From Azolla caroliniana (taxonomy: Eukaryota; Plantae; Polypodiophyta), in NCBI GenBank assembly GCA_043228905.1, contig JBHGNT010000021.1, positions 10,850,001 through 10,914,000 of the forward strand: 64,000 bases of DNA, written 5' to 3'. Numbering within the stretch: position 1 is the stretch's first letter; each line of letters opens with the position of its first letter. Below the pieces are notes generated by a model that made no database searches, had not been told where the DNA came from, and was given only the letters and a program-made list of their open reading frames with translations. Position numbers and translations under genes: made by a program. Below, one piece after another: positions 59,101-64,000 of the stretch.

Positions 59101-61508
59101 GGCCACAAATGCTATAGTTTCCTCGACGGGTTCAGCGGCTATAACCAGATAAGAATGCACCCGGAGGATCAGGAGAAAACCGCATTCGTCACAGAATGGG
59201 GTGCTTTTGTGGCAGAAGTAATGATGTTCGGTCTAAAAACGGCGCCGGCTACATTCCAGCTCATCATCACCGAAATCTTTCACGACTACATCCCGACGTT
59301 CATGCAAGTCTTTCTCGACGATTTCGCCGTGTATGGCCATCAACGAGAACACATGACCCAGCTGCGACTCTCTCTCGACCGATGTCGCCAGGCTCGATTA
59401 AGCTTAAACCCGGCGAAATGCGCATTCTTAGTCACTAGCGGCAACCTTCTCGGCCACATTGTCAGTCAAGAAGGCATCGCTATGGACCCGGATAAAGTAA
59501 AGACCATCCTGACCGCCCCCACACCCTCGAATGCAAAGGCATTAAGCCGATTTTGGGGACAAATCAGGTGGTACAGCCGAATGATACGGCATCTGGCCGA
59601 TTTTGTGACACCTTTACACGCGTCAGTCCATCGCCTTCCCTTCCAATGGACGTCAACCGAGGACACGGCTTACCAAACCTTGAAACTATTGCTCTCACAT
59701 GCCTCGGTGGTCCAGCGCCCGGTTTGGTCCAAACCATGCCATGTCTTCGTGGATGCCTTAGACATCGCCATCAGAAGCGCCCTGATACAATGTACACTCC
59801 CGAATTGGTATAGGCCCGTGTACTACGCCAGCCGACGACTGTCAACCGCAGAAAAGAACTAGTCCACCACTGAGCGAGAGGCCCTCGGTATGATTTATAG
59901 CATCAATAAATTCTGGCATTACCTCTTGGCTCGGAAGTTTACCTTTCACGTGGATCACTCAGCCCTTCTTTATTTGGTCAATAAACAAGCCCTAACCGGA
60001 CGGTTGGCTCGGTAGATGCTCCTACTCCAAGAATTTGATTTCCAGATTCAGCATCGACTCGGGGTCCAACACGCCGTCGCCAACTACTTGAGCCGTCTTG
60101 AATCATGGGAATCGGCGGAAACAACGTACGACGATTTACCGGATGCCAACTTATTTAACCTGACCACGATGCCAGACGATAACGAAGATGAATGGATCAC
60201 GGAGATGACCCATTTTCTCAGTACCGGCCTACCTCCCAAGCACATGCCCCTTGACGCGAGGAAACGCCTAGCAGTACACAGCCGGAATTTTTGCCTCATC
60301 TCGGACATTCTTTACCACAAAGGCTCGGATGGCATATGGCGCCGAGCGATTCGGCATTTCAAGAAGAACACCGTTCTTTAGGAGGCCCACCAGGGAGTAG
60401 CGGGGGGACATTACGCTGGGGATTCCACGGCAAGGAAGGTTTGGCAAAGCGGATTGTGGTGGCCGACAACGAAGAAAGATGCTCACAAGTTTTGCCGACA
60501 GTGCGATTTGTGCCAACGATTGGGGCAACCAATGGAACAATCACGGATGCCACACCAGTCGATTCTCCCGTTGGACCCATTTAAAAAATGGGGTTTGGAT
60601 TTTGTAGGCCCTTTCAAGCCACCCGCGGCCCGTACAGGGAATAGGTATATTATTGTGGCCACGGACTACTGCACCAAATGGGTCGAGGCTAAAGCTCTCC
60701 GAGACAACACGGCGGCATCCACAGCTAAATTCGTGTACGAGCATCTTTGGTGCTGTTACGGATGCCCAATCGAGCTCGTTAGTGACCAAGGTGGACACTT
60801 CATCAATCATATAATACGTGAGCTTACACACCACTACGCGATGGTGCACAAGAAAAGCACACCATACTACCCGCAGGCGAACGGCTTGACAGAATCGACC
60901 AATAAAATCCTCCAAACCATACTGAAGAAAATCGTCAATGAAAACAGGACCGATTGGGATGACAAGCTCCAGAGCGCACTTTGGGCATATCATACGACTT
61001 TCAAAACGAGCATCCAATCAACCCCCTTTCGAATGACGTTCGGGTTAGAAGCCGTGATACCCGTCGAGTTCCAAGTCCCGAGCCTCCGAGTTCAAGTCAA
61101 AGCACGGCTCCACGAAGCCCAATCCGAGCAATACCGTCTGGAACAACTCCACGAATCGGCGAAGATAGGATAGAGAGCATGGCCCAACTCGAACAACGCC
61201 AACGACATCAAAAAGGGCTGGAGAAGGAGCTCACCCTCGGCAAACCTGTTCTTCTTTTTCAAACACGACTCGGGTCAATGCCGGGAAAGTTAAGATTTCG
61301 GTGGACCGGTCCATTCTGGATTATCGACGAGTTCAACGGGACATTCCAGCTCGGCACACTCGCCAGCGACATTGTCAAGCGCTGGGCCAATGGTTTCCGA
61401 CTTCGACCATATCGAGGCACTACACCACTCAACCCGTTTTCCGAGCCGCACGACACAAACGAGCTTCGGGAGACCACCACGGAGGACGCCACGTGTCCCC
61501 CTCGATAA
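56130..61508 (+). pseudogene. gag-pol: Element G gag-pol, several stops and frameshifts (start approximate)
   Basis: YPYPRYTDGPDAESH, IIDGGSGVN, FLDD, WGLDFVGP, GKLRFRWTGPF. Confidence 0.92.
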
Positions 61509-62008
61509 GGACCCACCCACTTTGAAATTAATAATGTAGGTAGGATTAACCATAGTTTAGCCGTCAATTAGCTACACCTACACCACCCACCTAGGCACCC
61601 ACAATTTAGGAGCACCCCTAGCCACCTCTCATTTAGTACCTATTTGAGGCCCATGCATAGCACTCGAAGCACCCCACTCACCTTCAGGACACGTGGCGCT
61701 AGTCACTTATTATGGCACCCACGCCTCAGAATATTCAGGATTCGTTTCTGGCACAAAAGTCTAGGAGTAAGATACTAAAAACGTTTCCAAAATGCAGCAC
61801 ATGCACAGAAGCTCATTATCGCTCCCAACCTCCATCGCTATCAAGCTCTGAAGCTCCTTCTCGCTCTCATCGCCCTAATCGCTCTTGCTCTCAAGCCCTC
61901 TTTCGCCCCCACAGCCCCTCCGCAACACCTCGCCTGTCATCTGTTCCTTCTTTGTCTCAACCTCCACTCATCACTCTGCCTCATTCTTCCACGCAGGCAC
62001 ACTCCATC

Positions 62009-64000
62009 ATGCCTCTCACTGCTTCATCAGAAACCCGCGCCTGGCTTCAGGAACGAGGAATGGAAGGTTACCTGAAGATCATCGATGCCCCCGCGCACCC
62101 GGACACCCAAGCAGTGGCTAGAAGTATTTCTCCCAAAGCCATCACCAACAACGTGCTTCGGGCTGCTTTGGACCTGCAACGGGGAGGCGACCATGATGTC
62201 AACATACCCCCGGAAACGAAGCTGAAAGAGTACTTCGGTGAGTACTCTGCCTCAGGGAAGGCATACCGCACGTATGGTGGCCCTAGCAGAGCTTTCGGGG
62301 AGATTGCTCGGATATTGATGGAGTATGCGTTCGTGCATACGAACCCGACGAGCATGCCACAGAACCAGGCCGCCATCATCATTAGCGCCTGTGAAGGGAA
62401 CAGAATCGACTGGGGAATCATCACAGGCGAAGGACTCCGTGCCGCCTTAACCTCACTCCAGTCAGGTAAGAAGACGTTCTCTTCTCTTCCTTCCCCTCGG
62501 GCACTCACGTCCCCACCACCACCACGAAGGAAGAAGGAGAAATTGGTTGCCCTCAGCCACGAAGCATGGGAAGAGCCAACACCGCCTTCACCTCCTGCCG
62601 CCAACCAAAACCTCACATCGGCATCACCACCCACCCAACCCCAACAAAAAAGGGCAGTTCCCTATACCTGCCAAGAATGGGAGGAGACAGGCACCGAGGA
62701 TAACACGACTGACGATGTCACCATTCGACAGCCAACGCTGCGTCCCTCGGTAACTCCCCCAGAGCCAAGCCCACGCCCCAACACTCAGCAGGCAGCACCA
62801 CCACGGCCCCTGAAAAGGTAGCAGGCGGAGGAAACGACACCACCGGCCCCGGAAGCCCAAACGCAGCCTTACAAGAAAAGACGACTCAACTGCGAGCCCT
62901 CGATTGAACAGAAAGGGCCACAACATGAGCAAGCTTTAGTTGTCAGCCAGAGCAACCTGGCCATCGTCCCTTTAGAGGCATCACTTAACCAGGGAAAGAT
63001 CGAGCATGGGCAGACAACGCAGATCTCGGAGGATGAAGTCATCGGTTATAAAGACCTCCCCGCGGAGGCATACGAGTTCAGTGCGCTGCTCCGCATCGGC
63101 ACAACATTCGAGCTGGTCGACTTCCTCGCCAGAGCACAAGTCGCGGCAGCCGCTCGAATGGCAGAAGAGCATGCTGAAACAAAAATGATTCAACGCGCGC
63201 TATTAGGTGAAATTGAGCCCAAGGACGATAGGGATCTACAAAAAATAGGGAGGAAGAAGCAGGCAAAACACGTCGCTCTCCTCATGGAGGTCCCCGAGCT
63301 GAAGACGGCCCTAATCGAGGCATATAGGGACCTGGATCACACTATGCAGGTAGCCAAAGACATGGCCCGAAAGATCAAAACAGCCCAACAACAGGGCAAG
63401 GTGGCTACGGAGTTATGGCACGTTGCGGAACGGAAACTGGCAGCCTGGGAGCAAAACCAGCCAGAACAGCAACTCTTGCACCTTCCGGCCCCGACAACCA
63501 AGGCACTCCCAGCCCCCTCCCCGAAACATAGCAACCAAGCCCCTCCAAGCATAATGATGATAGATGGAAGCACCGTCATGGATTCAATCCTGACAATCCA
63601 GGCCAGCACACTAACGGACTCGTTACAAATGGTCGATGCCTTCACAACAACCGAGTCGGTCACGCCCATGGAGAAGACAGAGACACCACCCCGTCCAACC
63701 AAGGAGGTGGCAACCCAAACAGAACCCCCGCTCCAGGATTACCGAGCGGAGCTTAAAGAAGAACAACGACGGACCGAGCAACACGAACAACGGCATCAAG
63801 ACGCTATGGCTCGCTTAAAAGAAGAAGCCTCGAAACGGATGGCTGAGCTTAAAGCCCAGGCCGAGCAAAGGTTACAAGAGCAAGCTGCAGTCAAAGAAGC
63901 AGAACTCAAATGCAAGTTGGAGGAATACGTGGCCACCATGGCAGAGAAAGAGAAGGAGGTCCTAGACCTACAGGCCGCACTCGACTATGCGAAAGAATGG
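62009..64000 (+). pseudogene. Element G ORF2 (partial)
   Basis: MPLTASSETRAWLQERGMEGYLKIIDAP..YFGEYSASGKAYRTYGG..CEGNRIDW; coiled-coil-like sequence near the window end. Confidence 0.85.

Larger units (their letters stand above)
55591..64000 (+). mobile_element. Element G: divergent member of the A/B/C lineage, running off the window end
   Basis: Starts TGTTG where F gag homology stops. Inferred 5' LTR 55591-56073 (..GTAACA). PBS, decayed gag-pol and ORF2 follow. The 3' LTR is not in the window. Confidence 0.9.

Overview
The window contains no recognisable host gene. It is a pile of nested plant transposable elements, probably from a non-seed land plant such as a moss (inferred from the element types). 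Five copies of one non-chromovirus Ty3/gypsy lineage dominate: A 12-43078, B 5809-15665, C 18690-28740 (minus), H as the host remnant at 1-11 plus 43079-~45510, and G 55591->64000. Each has gag-PR-RT-RH-INT (or its remnant) followed by a large coiled-coil ORF2. Also present are two Ty1/copia elements (D 34168-39282, I 50069-55292), a Tcn1-like chromovirus (F ~45516-55590), a 964-bp probable solo LTR with a 4-bp TSD (E) and a truncated relative (J), and an intron-containing DFAENY/Sola2-like transposase pseudogene with a convergent spliced partner gene. TSDs resolve most of the nesting order. The most striking observation is that all three gypsy copies with a visible 3' LTR (A, B, C) lack a polypurine tract. 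In its place, 2 nt before the 3' LTR, they carry a conserved copy of a tRNA-Arg 3' end (GGGTTCGA-[hairpin]-CCCACGGGCGTGCCA), which is an inverted primer-binding site. This suggests plus-strand priming by a second tRNA or by an element-encoded tRNA mimic. Family and tRNA assignments come from recalled motifs, not database searches.
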